Of a DNA stretch of 64,000 nucleotides, positions 25,184 to 39,055 are shown piece by piece. Below the pieces are notes generated by a model. It ran no database searches, was not told the DNA's origin, and saw only the letters and a list, made by a program, of their open reading frames with translations. Source of the stretch: Azolla caroliniana. Its lineage: Eukaryota; Plantae; Polypodiophyta. The first letter of the stretch is position 1. Each line of letters begins with the position of its first letter. The stretch covers positions 12,834,001 through 12,898,000 of the forward strand of contig JBHGNT010000018.1 in the NCBI GenBank assembly GCA_043228905.1. The letters are read 5' to 3'. The translations under genes were made by a program, and so were the position numbers.

Positions 25184-28100
25184 CTGTACATTTGGGTGTT
25201 GCAAAAAACACATACTTCAAAGTAAATAACTGAAAGGTATAGAGTCTTTGATAAGAAAAATGCATAAGACATTGTTTGCCGCACATGACACACAGGGTTA
25301 TGAAAAAAATTGTTCTCTTTTACCTGAGGTTTTACTTCAACCATTTGTTGGCCCATTTTCACAACCACAGGGTCATTGGCAAGGACACTTTCTAGGTGGT
25401 CCAAGAGCTCTTTGGCTTGCCAAGCTCCAAAGTCCGGGTCTGCATCCTTGTGATGCCACACTAGGGCACTCTCTTTCTTCTCAATGAAAGACCCATCTGT
25501 GGTCTCACTGTACAACTCCATCACCGGCTCTGCCACGTCTTTCCAATCAAAGTCCGTAACCACGTGGCTCGTTTCCCATTCGGAATCCCGGCGCCACCTG
25601 GTCATATATACATAGATACATGGATCATGTGAAGACTCAATGCATACTATCTACAGATGCATACCTCTTCTGTAGACTGACTTTCACCACTACTACCACC
25701 ATCCCACATACACACATTAGGGTCTAGAGTTTCCAATCATGCATGCATAAACATGGACAATGCAAAGAACACCTGAATAGTTATCCACATAGCCCTATTT
25801 CTAACCTTACATTGACTATGAAGGAGGGATTTAGGTATCTAGATAAATAACTGTCCACCGGCACATGGGCCAATCTCTGGCTTATTCCAAATTATGGTTA
25901 TATACAAATTACTATCCACATATATTTGAGCTTATTATTGATCCAAATTAGGGTTTCACATTTACGGTTTAGGGTTTTACGGTTTAGGGCATAGGGCTTG
26001 AGACTTAGGACACCTATAAAAAGAACCACACACACACACACACACACATGAGCCTATATCTTGCCTTAATATGTACTCCAAGTTAGGGTTTAGAAAGTAC
26101 CTGTAAAAATACCCATGCTCGGCCGCTATGCCCAGACAACCACATGAAGCAAACCAATCACCTAGGATGGAGCGCCCGCGGCCGCTGACAATGAAGACAT
26201 AATTCCTTGGATCGGAGCATAGTATGTTCAATGTTTGCAACACTTGCGGGCTCGGGGTCTTATTAATGGATGTTTGAGACATCATAGTACCATCATAGTC
26301 TAGTAGAATGGCTCTAGATGAGGTCCTTCTGTAGGCAGATGCTATGTGTTCGGGTGAGAGTTTCCGAAAGTTTGGATCTAATGCCATTATTCGAAAACTT
26401 AACCCGAATCCAATGCCCCATGATCGTCTTTTCGAATGATCTTTACACGTCCTCTCGAGATCCCCCATGAAGCTTTGAGCCCAATATGCAACGTCATGAG
26501 TGCTCACATATCGGTAGTGCTTCTCATGGCGCATCCTCTTCTCGGCATCAGGTATCGTCATCGCCATATTGAGTGCATCAGCAAGGCTATCAATATTCCA
26601 AGGGTTCACACGTATGGCTCCGCTAAGCGAGGGCGAGCAACCAATGAACTCTGACACTATCAAGGTACTCTTCGGACCATCACCATCTCCTGTGTTCAAG
26701 AAATCTTTTCTTACTGGTGTCCTAAGATTCCTTTCATAAAAGGAAACAACAAGAAATCATGAGAAAATAGCACTGCAAATTCATCATCAAAGAAATTTTA
26801 TAGGACCTCTTGGTTGTTCATTTAAAACTCGTTTCCAAATGTGACAAAATGGAAGAATTGAACCAGCCATTTAGTGAGTGAGGGAAGAGCACCTTTTATC
26901 AGGATGGACGTCATCCAGGGCAACAACATTTCTGCCTTGCCTGCAAACAATGTATTGGTATGGTATCAGATTCATGCCATCTCTCACAGCTGTCACAACA
27001 CAACACTCGGCCACAGTGTAGTAGGCGATCCTTTCAGAGAGTGTCACATGGTGCTCGATGAGCACAACCGGCTTATAATCCTCTTCCACACCCCCACCAA
27101 ACATCTTGTTTATCCTGTCGACAATGCCATGTGCCTCCGTTTGAACCTCTTTCACATCCTTTCCGTGGCTCCGGGCCGGATTGGCAATTTGTACCATTAC
27201 AACCTTTCCTACCCATTCCGGGTGTTGGGTGAGGAGATGCTCCATAGCCAAAAGCTTCAAACCAATGCCTTTGAAAATGTCCATGTCATCCACTCCTAAG
27301 AGCACCACCTTGCCTTTGAATCGCTTCTGAAGCTCGGCAATTTGTTGGTGTGTCTCGGGGAGATCAAGGCAGGCTTGTAACTGGTCCATATGGATGCCAA
27401 CTGGCATGATCTTGATGTTGACGGTTCTACCATAATATTCAAGGCTTATGTAACCCCTCTTTGACTCATACTCAACACCAAGTATCCTCCTACAGCAGGA
27501 GAGGAAATGGCGAGCATAGTCGAATGTGTGGAAGCCAATGACATCGGCATTCAGAAGCGCCCGCAGCATCTCATCCCGCACGGGTAATGTCCGGTAAATC
27601 TCAGACGAAGGGAAGGGGCTATGTAAAAAGAAACCCAACTTCACTCTGCTCCATTTCTTCCTCAAGAAGGTTGGAAGAAGCATGAGATGATAGTCATGAA
27701 CCCACACATAATCATCGTCAGGGTTAATCACTTCCATCACTTTCTCGGCAAAGTTTTTGTTAACGGAAACATAGGCTTGCCAGAGGAGCCTGTCATAGAT
27801 GAGGCCGCCATGGGCAGGGGTGAGGGGTAGCATGTAATGGAAGAGTGGCCATAGTTGTTGCTTGCAAAAGCCATGGTAGAAACGATGGCGAACATCAGGA
27901 GGAACAAAGACAGGGACGCAATGGAAAGCTTCTAAGAGGTAAGAAGCCACCTCTTCTTGCTCATTAGGGTCGATTTCCACCTTCAGGAAGCCTATGTAGA
28001 AGACTGGCATGCCATGAGAGAGGCCGTCTTTGAGCTGAAGTAGGAGAGAGTCAGAATCCCAGCTAAAACACCACTTCTCATCACTCTTCTTCTCCAGCGA

Positions 28101-28367
28101 TGCGCATCTGCTGTTCCTCCTCCTCCTCCTCTCACAATTCAGAGGCAACACGTTGGCCGCGATGATGATGCTGCACCGGCCCACGCCCGCCGCCGCCGCC
28201 GCCTCCGCCTCCGGTGGGCAGCTCGGGGCCTCCTCGTCGAACAGTAGTATGCCGGGCACCGTCATGACACGTGGTATCAGTCTATGCTGACGCGCCGGGC
28301 GCGGCAGAGGAGGTGGGAAATGATCTGATGTTAGGTCTAACAGGTTTGAATAAGATCTTGAAGACAT
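24917..28367 (-). CDS. TPS: class II trehalose-6-phosphate synthase/phosphatase; exons 28367-26893, 26730-26101, 25597-25324, 25183-24917; about 881 aa
   Basis: MSSRSYSNLLDL N-terminus; GT20 motifs (WVHDYHL, GFFLHSPFPSSEIYRTLP, RDGMNL, SEFIGCSPSLSGAIRVNPWN); HAD motifs LDYDGT and GDDRSDEDMF. All three introns are GT..AG and keep the frame (1475+630+274+267 nt). Confidence 0.95.
25324..25597 (-). CDS. TPS: TPS coding exon 3
   Basis: CCAG|GTGG...EVKPQ CAG|GTA. Confidence 0.92.
26101..26730 (-). CDS. TPS: TPS coding exon 2
   Basis: Acceptor TTTTATGAAAG|G; ends HGYFY-R with TACAG|GTAC. Confidence 0.9.
26893..28367 (-). CDS. TPS: TPS coding exon 1
   Basis: ORF 26871-28367; inferred donor AAAAG|GTGCTC. 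Confidence 0.9.
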
Positions 28368-28394
28368 CTATCTTATTTTCGACTGCTTGAGCGA

Positions 28395-28715
28395 ACACAC
28401 ACACACACACACAATTTAACCCTTCTCGTTCTTCATTTTATTTCTTCGACCGTCCCCATCATTACTGGGAAACCTGAACGATCAGAGAGCATACAAAATG
28501 AATGAATGAATGAATGAATGAATGAATGGTGGTTGTGTGTGTTTCCTGATTCAGACATACTGAATATGCTTGAGCTATATATTTGAGATGGGGCATCATC
28601 TCAAATGAAGACGAATGGATGGATCATGATTTAAGAAAAACAAAGAGTAAATAAAGAAGAAGAAGAAGAAGAAGAAGACGGAAGGAAGGAAGGAAGGAAG
28701 GAAGGAAGGAAGGCA
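28395..28715. repeat. cluster of microsatellites ((AC)n, (AATG)n, (AAG)n, (GAAG)n) in the probable TPS 5' UTR/leader intron
   Basis: Directly visible. Confidence 0.85.
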
Positions 28716-29011
28716 GGCTTCTTCGTTCTTTCTACTTCTACTTCTTCGTCCTTTGGAGCTAGCTAAGCTTTAGGGTTAGAGACACAGATTGAAGAAAGCT
28801 GAGGGTGAAGAGGAGCTGCTGACGACTGACTGTCTTCTTCATCGGACACGGACCGGGACAGGGGAGGCTGAAGTGGAGAAAAGGAGAAGAGTTGGGATTC
28901 GAACCCAAGATGTATGGATGGATTGGATTGGATTGGATGGAGGCAGCTGGAGGCCGCCGGCCCCTCCCCTGTCTCTCTATCTCTCTTCTTCATATTTTAT
29001 GCTTTGGTAGA

Positions 29012-29062
29012 TCTATATAACATTTAAAATTAATATATAATATTTACCATTACTACACGTGT
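29012..29062 (-). promoter_or_regulatory. candidate TPS core promoter: TATA-like TTATATAG near 29013-29020 and G-box CACGTG near 29056-29061
   Basis: Motifs lie upstream of the CT/GA-rich leader; the TSS is not known. Confidence 0.3.
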
Positions 29063-29229
29063 TAAAATATATGTTTTTCTCTTTTTTACATACGATATGT
29101 ATGTGTATGTATGTATAAGCCGTCCTTTCAGATTTTTATTTTATTCTGTTTTTGGGTTTTTTTGGGGGCGGAAATTAAAAATTATACTGTTTTTTTCCAA
29201 AACATAAATTTTATAATGTATATTTCCTA

Positions 29230-29620
29230 GGGAGCCAGCCATAGCCATTGCTTCCATGCGACTTATCACATGCATTGCAATGTAAGACGGGGGGGCGTTA
29301 GGGCACAAGTGATGAGAGTGGTCGACGATGCATACTTTGCCCTAAACAAGTTCGAGAGTCCGAGTATCACACTTTGATACAATGCTCTGCTTTTGATCAT
29401 ATTTGACCATGCTTTCCACACATCTTCGACCAAGCCCAATCCTTTCACGAATTTCTCTCACAACCACAATGTGCACTCTCGATTGCAACATTCATTGGTA
29501 ACGTTCGTGAACATCACTACTCACTTTCACACATATCACGTGAAATGTAATTTTTTTTGGTCTCATAGGTCATATTTGACCTCCGAAGATGATAATATAA
29601 TCTCTCTCTCTCTCCCTCTC
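29230..29620 (+). mobile_element. 5'-truncated LINE 3' end
   Basis: RCILCPKQVRESEYHTLIQC CCHC finger homologous to ERLCRLRHIEIEDEYHFTCKC (38151-38531); 3' end ..GAAGATGATAATATAA(TC)n resembles 39020-39055. Confidence 0.75.
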
Positions 29621-32600
29621 TAGTTAAAACGCACAAATTATATTAATTATATTAATAAATGTGTGTGAAAAACACTACTCTCTCCCTCTCTCTCAACAAC
29701 CCAATTTTTCATGTTACATGACAATCAAATGAAATTAATAATAATAACCATGGAGAGTTCTTTGTATAGTGGAACACAACATCAAGCTTGTTGCTTGAGA
29801 CTTTAGCCTACACACTTAATCCCGAAAGGAAAAACTTTAACACATATAGTTATATTTGATTTTTTAAAGAAGTTTCAATAAGATAAACAATAGGCTAGTC
29901 TATAAGCAAATGTTTTAGGAGATCTGTAAAAAATGCATGTTTTCAAGATCCCCAATTGTATTATGAGGTATTCTCTATTCCATCGACAAAATTGTTGAAG
30001 TGCTTCGTTGATTGTTGAAATGGTTGATAAGTGAAAGAATTGCAAATTTATTACAAGCCCTCTTAGTGTCATTACATTGAAATTTGTAGGATTAGGATGA
30101 ATAATTAGAACAACATATTATGGACCATGGTATAGAAATTTGCAGTGACGTCACAACCACAACCCCTGATTGTTATTATTCTTCATCTAAGTATATGTGA
30201 AAGGCAGAAATATTATGATTGCATACTTGTGAGTCGTGACAATAATAACATGTACAAGTATATATTGCACTCAAGTGTACCACTACTCATTGTAGGGATA
30301 CATATCCAAGTGTTAGTTTCACATTGAGTGGGTGCACAAACATTGATTCTGAAAGCTCGCTTACAGTGATAATGAGGTAAATGCTTCTCTCATATCAAAT
30401 GAGCATAATTCTATACAATTTCCTAAGCTAAATATATTGATGGAAAAGGAAAACATCCATCCCAAAAGGTGTAATGGAATTAATCAATTGAAAACATTGA
30501 AAGAGGAGCATGACAAACATTTTGTATTCATGATTGCATCTAAATTTGTTCTACGCGTGAATGCCACACAAATTTATCCAATTGAAATACTTGGGTTATG
30601 TTGACAGCTAGTCCCTTTATGGTTAAGCTCACTCATTATCTTGTACTTCAACAACATATTGGTGGATAGTGTGTATTGATGGTGAATCTTGCAATCCTTA
30701 CCCTTGAACAAAAATAACACAACGTTCAATTGTTGTGTGGCTAATTACAACACTAACATGTGTCTACATCTATAGACAACTTGCACTTTGAGGGTATAAA
30801 TCAATCAATAGTTAAAATGACCAAAGTAATTAAGAATAATAGGAAGGCCATAGATATGGTTCTTCCTAATTGTATATCCTAGAGTTGAGGCTCACCAATT
30901 GTCATCAGCTTTTTCCATACTATACGCTATCAAAGAGAGATTGCACATACCTTGGGAAAGTGATTGTAGTCTATGAAAGAGAGATTGCACCCTTGATATA
31001 TGCAATCTCTCTTTCATAGTATGCATTGTGCAACATGGGAGATGTTCACACAATTGTTGAACCCCAACTTTGGGGCTTTCAATTGGATGGGAATAAAGAA
31101 GAAGTGCATAATACGTGACAAGCCCTATTAATTCATATTAACTCTAAGCCCTTGTGCAAACCAAACTATCTAGATTTTGGCTAACTAAGTCGTCAACAAC
31201 ATAGGTAATGGGCTTATTGTTTGCATAATCAACTATTTTATAATATAAAATGATTAAACCACACCCATGTTTTGATGGGTCGATAGTCGATTATTGTTAT
31301 GCAAGCAACGAGTAGCTGCCTCCAATATTTTCCTTGCATAACTTTTGACCATGCCAAGTAGTGTTGCAACTAGAGTTTATGGCAATCCCTCTAACTTCAT
31401 TTTAAAACCAAGTGTTCCATGGCCAATGAGTATGTTACTACGTTGAACCACATCAACTTTTTTACATGCCCCATGGGGTTCTGCTCATCACCTTTTTCCT
31501 ATTGACATTGCCTCATCCTAAAGACGTGTTGAAATTTGAGTATACAACAAGGCACTCTAAATTAATTATATAGACATTACTTTATTATACACTATAATAA
31601 CATACAACCATGATTATAATTTATCGAATTACTTTTGTGTTATGTTTTTCCTGCACACTTTTTCATGATATTCACCAAGTCCAAACCAAATTATTTATTG
31701 TTACGTATGCTTCCTGGAATACTTCAAAACCATAATCTTGGTTTTTCCTAGAATTTCCATGTCATATTTTTTGTCAAAGCCACTTCAATCCCTACAATTA
31801 TGTCAACAAAGTATATGGACCGGACACTTCACTTTATGATGGTTGTTCATCTTACACCAACAAAATAAATGAAGTGGTAAAGAATTCAAATTATGACCAA
31901 GAAACAAACACACCTTTATGTTCCATATCATTGATCAATCAAAATCATTGACTTTATATAACCCTTTAGATGTCCCGACTCCCCACTATACAATGTAGCA
32001 AATTACTCCTCATTGATCCACAACCTTACAATTTTAAAATTCTTGAATTAAAATATAAAAATGTGAAACAATAGTGATGCAACTAGTGTATCATAAGATC
32101 CGACTCTAATGGTACACCCATTCTTAGAACATATTGCTCCTAAAATAATGGCTTTATAATTTTGCTTTCCATAACCCAAGAGTTGTAAAGAAAGCAATGA
32201 TAACAAACTATTTCCAAATGCGTTGACATGTAGATGCTGTTTTCCATCCATAGACTGGATGACTACTTTCATGTGCATTCTCTATTGATATATAAGGGAT
32301 AACTACATTCATGCCCATCGTCTATTTTATATTACTCCATTTAGTGATTTTGCACGTGGATGGCTTTATTATCTATTGCCTATATTATGGACATTATGCA
32401 TGCCTGCAAAACATTTTATTTCTCTTGAAAGTATGATAGAAATAAATCATCTTATTCTCTAGATATTAACATACATTCTTTCACATCCTTATTTGCCCAT
32501 AGTTTGTTCACCTTAATATAACTCTGCTTGTAAAAAATAAATTTCTTTGTGCTTATTACACCCCCTTCATCCATATGTTGCCTTATGTTCATGAATAAAA

Positions 32601-33840
32601 AAATGCACAAAGTTCGACAATGTTGAAAATGATGTCATTTGACACATGGTTAAGACAAAATCTCAATTATATTTGCATGCCCATTGATGATATCAACTAC
32701 ATTATAAGTAATGTTTGGGCGTGGTTTGAAACCTCAACCATTATAGGATTTGTTTTTCATATTAAAGACACAAAAGAATTGAAAATAACCATCACGATAT
32801 GAAACATATTTTATTTATTTCCCCATGCAAGTCTCCAAAGAATAAAAGACAATACTGTCATAAGAATATATACGAATATTGGCATACATATTTTATTTAT
32901 TTCCCCATGCAATCCGCTTGAAAAGTCAATGAGGTGTATGTATCTTATAAACTATGCTGAAATGGGACTTACATGATATAGATTAACTGATACAAAAGGT
33001 ACAAATGGAAGACATATAACAAAACCAAATATTATTGAGTGTGCTTAGAGTGAGTAGACGAATGATACACCGGAGAAGTTCCATCTAGTATTAATATATA
33101 CAATTACATACTTAAAGTACTAATTGTTAATTCAATAATTGAAGTCAACCTTACAAGGCTAAGTTAACCAACTACATAATTTGTGTGATCAACTTCTCCA
33201 TTGATTACAACTAATTGGAGCAAATTGTGTTTTTTCTCACACTGCTTCTTGTTGTCAATTGTTTGGAGTCACGAATTTACCAGTGTCGTGGAGGATTTTG
33301 GCCATAAGGAGAAATCTCGCCGACCGTATGTGAATAGGGATGTGCACATTTGCACATGAAAGGGTTTTGTATAAAACAAATGTAAATAACTAAGATTGTT
33401 AATAAGTACAAGATAGCATAATTTAATAGGTACTTTTAAGATCCCTTAAAAAGAGGGGAATAAAGTGTGTGATGGGAGGAAATCGAGGGGAGGATTGCTA
33501 ACAGAAAACGACTGTCATAAAGCTGATGTAACCGACCCTCCTTGGGCTATAAACGGAGGGAATGAAGACCGTTTTTGGGATCCATCATGTTGGAGGGGAA
33601 GTGGATGCCGGTTTTTGGGGTTTTTTTGCTTTGTGTGTTTGGTTAGATAGGTGTGAGGCCTTTGCTCGCATAGGAAGCCCCTGTGTTCCGAACCAGAGGC
33701 TCTACTAGATGGTGTGTTTTGCCGAACTCGAAGCTTTGTTCCCGGCTTGAGTCCAATTGTATTCTTCTCTATCAGTTAATTTATTCTTGGTATTGTTTCA
33801 TCTGTCTCTCTTCCTGTGTTGGGTCTACTTTCTTTTCTCT

Positions 33841-36800
33841 ATTTTTGTCTTTGGGCGGTCTCATTCTCCCGCCTTCGTTCTTGCATACCTACTTGAGTCT
33901 CCGAGCCCGTGTGCTCTTTCAAGATATCTGGCAACCAAGCCGAATAGTAACTGCAGGCTTTGTGGTCTCTCTCTCTCTCTCTTGTAACGGCTCTTTCTGC
34001 CGTTGCCATCACCGTCTGCTGCTGCCGTCGCCGTCACCGTCGTCTGATGTCTGCCTCGCTGTCACTGTTTGTCGTTTGTCGCCATCATCACCGTTGTTGT
34101 CAGTTCTTGGCCGTCATCGCTACCGTCGCCGTTGTCATGTGTAGTCGTTGCCGCTGTCATCGTTGTCCGCTATTACCTACACTTCTAACAACGTAATCGG
34201 CTGAAAACAAGACAACATACATGTCCTTCTACACTCGAACCTAGCGCGCAAGGCATCGATGCTCGACTAAGTTTTTTTTGTCCTCTTTGTCTTTTCTTTC
34301 TTTTATCTTTTGATTTACAACATGAATTCTAGATGAAACCATAAGGAAACACACGAAGAAATTATATGTAAGGAAGAATTTTTAGATGTCCTTAACCCTT
34401 TAGTTAAAATAGAAAAATGGGCGAAAGAGATTGAAGTTGAAAAACAAAAAGATAAGGAAGAAAAAGAAGTGCTTATTGTTGAAATAACGAAACTTAAAGT
34501 AGACAACACGAATCTTCAGAAACAAGTTAAGGACCTTGAGACATCTAGGGAAGATGGTGAAATATCTTCCCTAGAGGATATTAAGGACGAGATAAAAAAG
34601 GTTAAGGAAGAGGTTAAAAGCGATATGGAATTAGCAAAAACTGGGCGGGTTGATGTAGTAAAACGTAATATTAAAAAGGAACTAAAGGATGAAAATATTG
34701 TAAACACTACCCTTGAGGAAAAAATGCATCAAGCTTGACGCCTAAATGTACGAGTTACTGGGCTCAAGGAAGGGGCATCTCCTGATGAAGATGCACAAAC
34801 ATTAGGGAAAATGTTGGGGTACGAAGCCCTACCAATCACTAAAACTTGGAGGGTAGGATGTGACACCACTAGGGAAAGAGCTTTGGTCCTTCAGTTTAAG
34901 GACTTAGAATCTAGAAATCACATTTTTTAAAAAGAGACAAATTCTTCGAGGATTGGGTAGGGACCCTATCTACCTTGATGAAGACCTGACCAAGATGCAA
35001 ATTGAGCATCGTAAAACTTGTATGCTGCGAGTCATACAAGCTCGTAAAGAGGGACATCGTGCTTTTTACCAAGACAGACGTGTGATAATAAATGATCGCG
35101 CCGCCAATTGACGGCGCGTGGCCCATGTGAAAGACAATAAACTTAGGATGGCTTTATGGAACTGTAACGGTGCACTTTGGACACACCCTAGCCGTCTAGA
35201 GGAGATTTTGAAGGTATCTAACATATTTTTTTAGTAGAAACACATCAAAGCCCAAATCGAGGACTGCCACGAGTTGACAGTTTTCGTTGGGAATCTGTCT
35301 TTAGACAAACCTCACGTTGACATAGTACTAGAGGGTCTGGAGGGGTTGCGATACTATTTCCGAGAGAGTTACAAAATAAGATAGAAATACTAAAGAAAGA
35401 TCCAGAAGCCCGTTTTATGTGGGTGAAAGTCCTCACTAACAAGGATCATGCAATATTTATCGCCGTGTGTTACTTCCCCCCGAAAGGATCCCAGTATAAT
35501 ATGGTTGGAGAGGCGAGTATAGTTGATGAAGGAACGCTGCATGGGCCTTCTCCATACGAACCTTTATCGGATGACATAATCTGATATTCTTCTCAAGGGG
35601 AAGTCTTCCTTGTAGGAGATTTCAATGCGAAAACCCAATCTCGACAATGCACAATATTTTAGATGGATAGAAACCTCGAAATGGTGAATGTCGACCCTTT
35701 AGTCTTAGACATAACGCGTACATCAAAGGATCAAGGTGCGAACGCCACAAACTTTGGCCATCATCTGCTTGAACTTAGAAGCCGACACCATATGATAATA
35801 TATAATGGCTTAGCCAAGTGGCTGGGCTCGGAAGCGCTCACATGTTTCCACATGGAGGAGGGGAAAGCACAGTTGATTACCTAATAGGACCCCCTGAAGC
35901 TACCCACATGGTTAACTAATTCCGGGTGGCCCCATGCCCCATTGGTGCATACCATAGCTTCTTATACTTTGAGCTAAAATGTGACAGCTCCCACGCCACC
36001 AACTCTAGTCAACCAAACCATCACACCATAATACATTTCACGCATGAGCTCCGCTGACATCTACTCTTGACATGTTCAAACCCATCTCTCCTCTTTTGAT
36101 TCTTCCTTGCCTTTAGAGAACCTCACTACAGAACTCACACACACCCTTCACTTAGCAACAATTAGTAGCTTCCCATGCACGAAACACTCCAATCATAGTA
36201 GAATAGGGTCTATGCCACAGAACAAGTGGTATGATGAGGATTGTAGAGAGTTGTATAGACAACTTAAAGTGTCGCGACTTAGTGGTACTATTTCCTCAGT
36301 ACGGGCTCGAAAAGAGATGCGCAAGATGACACGTCGTAAAAGACGAGCTTGGGAAGCATCCCAATATTGGGAACTCTACCATATGCTCATGAGTAGGGAT
36401 TGCCCCCTTGCATGGAAGAGACTACGGGAACCGTGACCACAAACACCCATCGAGGATCCCAATATTTGTCACACATATATCGAGAGACTCTACCATGTCC
36501 CGAACCAACCACCCATCCCAATGCCTTCCACACCCCGACCTAACATGGGGACACTTTTCATGACCTCTAGGGTCACGAAGGTCATAAAAAAATTACAACA
36601 TAGGAAATCCATGGACCACACAGGATTGCGAGCCGAGCACATCATATATGCTCGAGAGAGCCTAGCCCCCTTTCTCACTCTAATATTCAACCGCGCCCTT
36701 GCCGAGGGTTTTCCACCACAATGGACCATGAACACAATGGCCTCTATACATAAAGGAGGGGACCCAATGGACCCAAATACATATAGGACCATTATGATAG

Positions 36801-39055
36801 GCCATATGCTCGCTAAACTATATGGTGTGGTAATGGAAGCGGAGCTTAGCGATTATATGGAAACATTAAGTCTTCGAGCACCTGATCAGGCTGGCTTTAG
36901 ACGAGCCTTCTCCACTATTGACCATATCTTCACACTTAGGTGCTTAATTGACCAGACGAAGGCTCATAAGAAGAAATTATATTGTTGCTTTGTGAACTTC
37001 TGTAAAGCCTTTGACACAGTTCCTAGGGAGAAGTTGTTTGATAGACTTAAGAGGTTGGAGATACCTAATGACATGATCTGGGCCATTTATGCCCTATATG
37101 AGCAAGTCTCTAGGTGCGTAAGATGCCCAAGTGGCCTATTCGATTGTTTCACTAGCACCATTGGTGTAAAACAAGGGTGGCCCCTATCATCGGCTTTTTT
37201 TGGGATCTACACTGATGAGATCACTGATTTTATTGCTCGTAAGGGAGGCAAGGGAGTAGCTATTGGGGATACGCAAGTTAGTCTCTTACTCTACACAGAC
37301 TACATTATCTTGCTCTCGGAGTCGGAACACGATCTATAAAAGCATCTTAATGCCCTAGATGACTTTTGTACACAACGATGACTGGTAGTGAATCTAGCGA
37401 AAACTAAAGTCCTTATCTTTCATACATCGTCTTGAGTTAGGAGTAAATGTCACCTAATCCTCTCTCATAAACTAGTTGAGGTAGTTGGATCATATGTATA
37501 CTTGGGAGTCACTTTTAGTGGTCGCTCAGGTAAATTCTCGATGACCCAGGCAACCAAAGATAGGCTAATGAGAGGGTATGCATCCCTCTCACTCTTAGAG
37601 AGACAATGCCACCAAGCATACTTTCAAGAGCCACGGAGTAAGGGATGGCTTTTCGACTCATTAGTGACCCCTTCCCTCATGTATGCATAAGTAGTATGGG
37701 CTCCAGGTCTACCATATTTCATGTGGATGCAATTATAGAGACCTTTGGTGACGATGTTATCATGTCAACTCCGAACCAAATCGACATTACCACATGCCAT
37801 TATTAGAGCAGATTCTTGTCTGCCCTCGATGTTAGTAGAAGCACTGTTTCAAGTGGTAGTTTTTATTCATCGGATACATATCCAACCACAAGATAGGATA
37901 TCCCATCGAGCCTTTGAGGCATCTCGATCCCTACATGTGTCTGGAGACACTAGCTCTTGGTATAGCACTGTGGTGAGTTGGTTACTTGCAAACGACATAG
38001 ACATTAATAACCTACCCCCTTAAGTACAACCATGGGATTGACCAAACTCTAATATCTCATGAAGACCGTAATAAAGTGATACGCCAAGAAATATGGCAAA
38101 TTTACATTTGATATAAATGGATCACCCCATGAGAGCCACTCCCATCTAAAATGTTGTACTATGAGGAACACTTCTTGCACTTCTCTCAGTTAGGTTTTAT
38201 TACACGACCAAGATATCTAGATACATTCTTATCAAATGCACTAAGGGTTGCCATTGGACAACTTAGGATATCATCTCACCAACTTGAGATTGAGAATGGT
38301 TGGGCTAATAGAGTCCCTAGGGAGGAAAGGCTATGTAGGTTGCGCCACATAGAGATAGAGGATGAGTATCACTTCACATGCAAGTGCCCAACTTATGCCG
38401 AGATAAGAGTAGAATACCAAGACATATTAGGACCCTCTCCCACCCTCTCCAAACTATTAGATACCCTGGATGTAAAGATACTAAGTAGGTATATCTTAGA
38501 GCTAAAACAACATAGGGAGAATAAATTATAAAGTGTTAACTATAACCCTTTTACTATTCATCAACTTGTAACTAGTGTAATTTTCAAGAACAAGGGGAGA
38601 CGATGAATGTGGATACACTTATGCCACTTGGCCTCTCTCTTGAGGAAGCTGAAACGCAAAGAACAACCAAACACCCTCGGATGTTGGGCTTCAAAACAAG
38701 TCGACACGGAGTAGAAAGGATTAAGAAGATAAGGGAATGTGAGCTACGCCGACTAGAAGCTATGGTTGGGGTACCTTTTACATTGGGGCCACGGGCCACA
38801 TCCACATCGAAACCCTTTGACCTCCTGCTTCTCTTCAAAAGACTTGGATGAAAATGAAATTAGGCCTAGTATAACATCATTTTCATTGTAGAACATGTTT
38901 GTTATTTTATTTTACTAGAACTATTTAGCTTAAAACTCTATTTTTATTGTTTACTTTCGATGAATGGGTAAATATCCCATTTTTTGTTGTAAACCATTTG
39001 TTTTCATGGGCCAATTTTGGCCTTAGAAGACGTTAATATATCTTTCTTTCTTTCT
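33841..39055 (+). mobile_element. near full-length degenerate LINE (ORF1, APE endonuclease, RT, CCHC finger, (TTTC)n tail)
   Basis: Coiled-coil ORF1 near 34322-35110; APE motifs (FLVETH, VGDFNAKT); RT 36521-37339 (DQAGFR, KAFDTV, GVKQG); C-terminal finger; 5' end approximate. Confidence 0.88.
35130..38531 (+). pseudogene. LINE ORF2 (APE-RT) with stops and frameshifts
   Basis: ORF pieces at 35663, 36107, 36521, 37502, 37745 and 38151. Confidence 0.85.

Noticed and set aside
28581-28606. 10-bp hairpin in the TPS leader
   Set aside because: Short enough to arise by chance; no other support.
32048-32278. 76-aa ORF faintly like an RPA/OB-fold (Helitron-associated) fragment
   Set aside because: The resemblance is too weak to support without a profile search; 29700-33280 is left unannotated.
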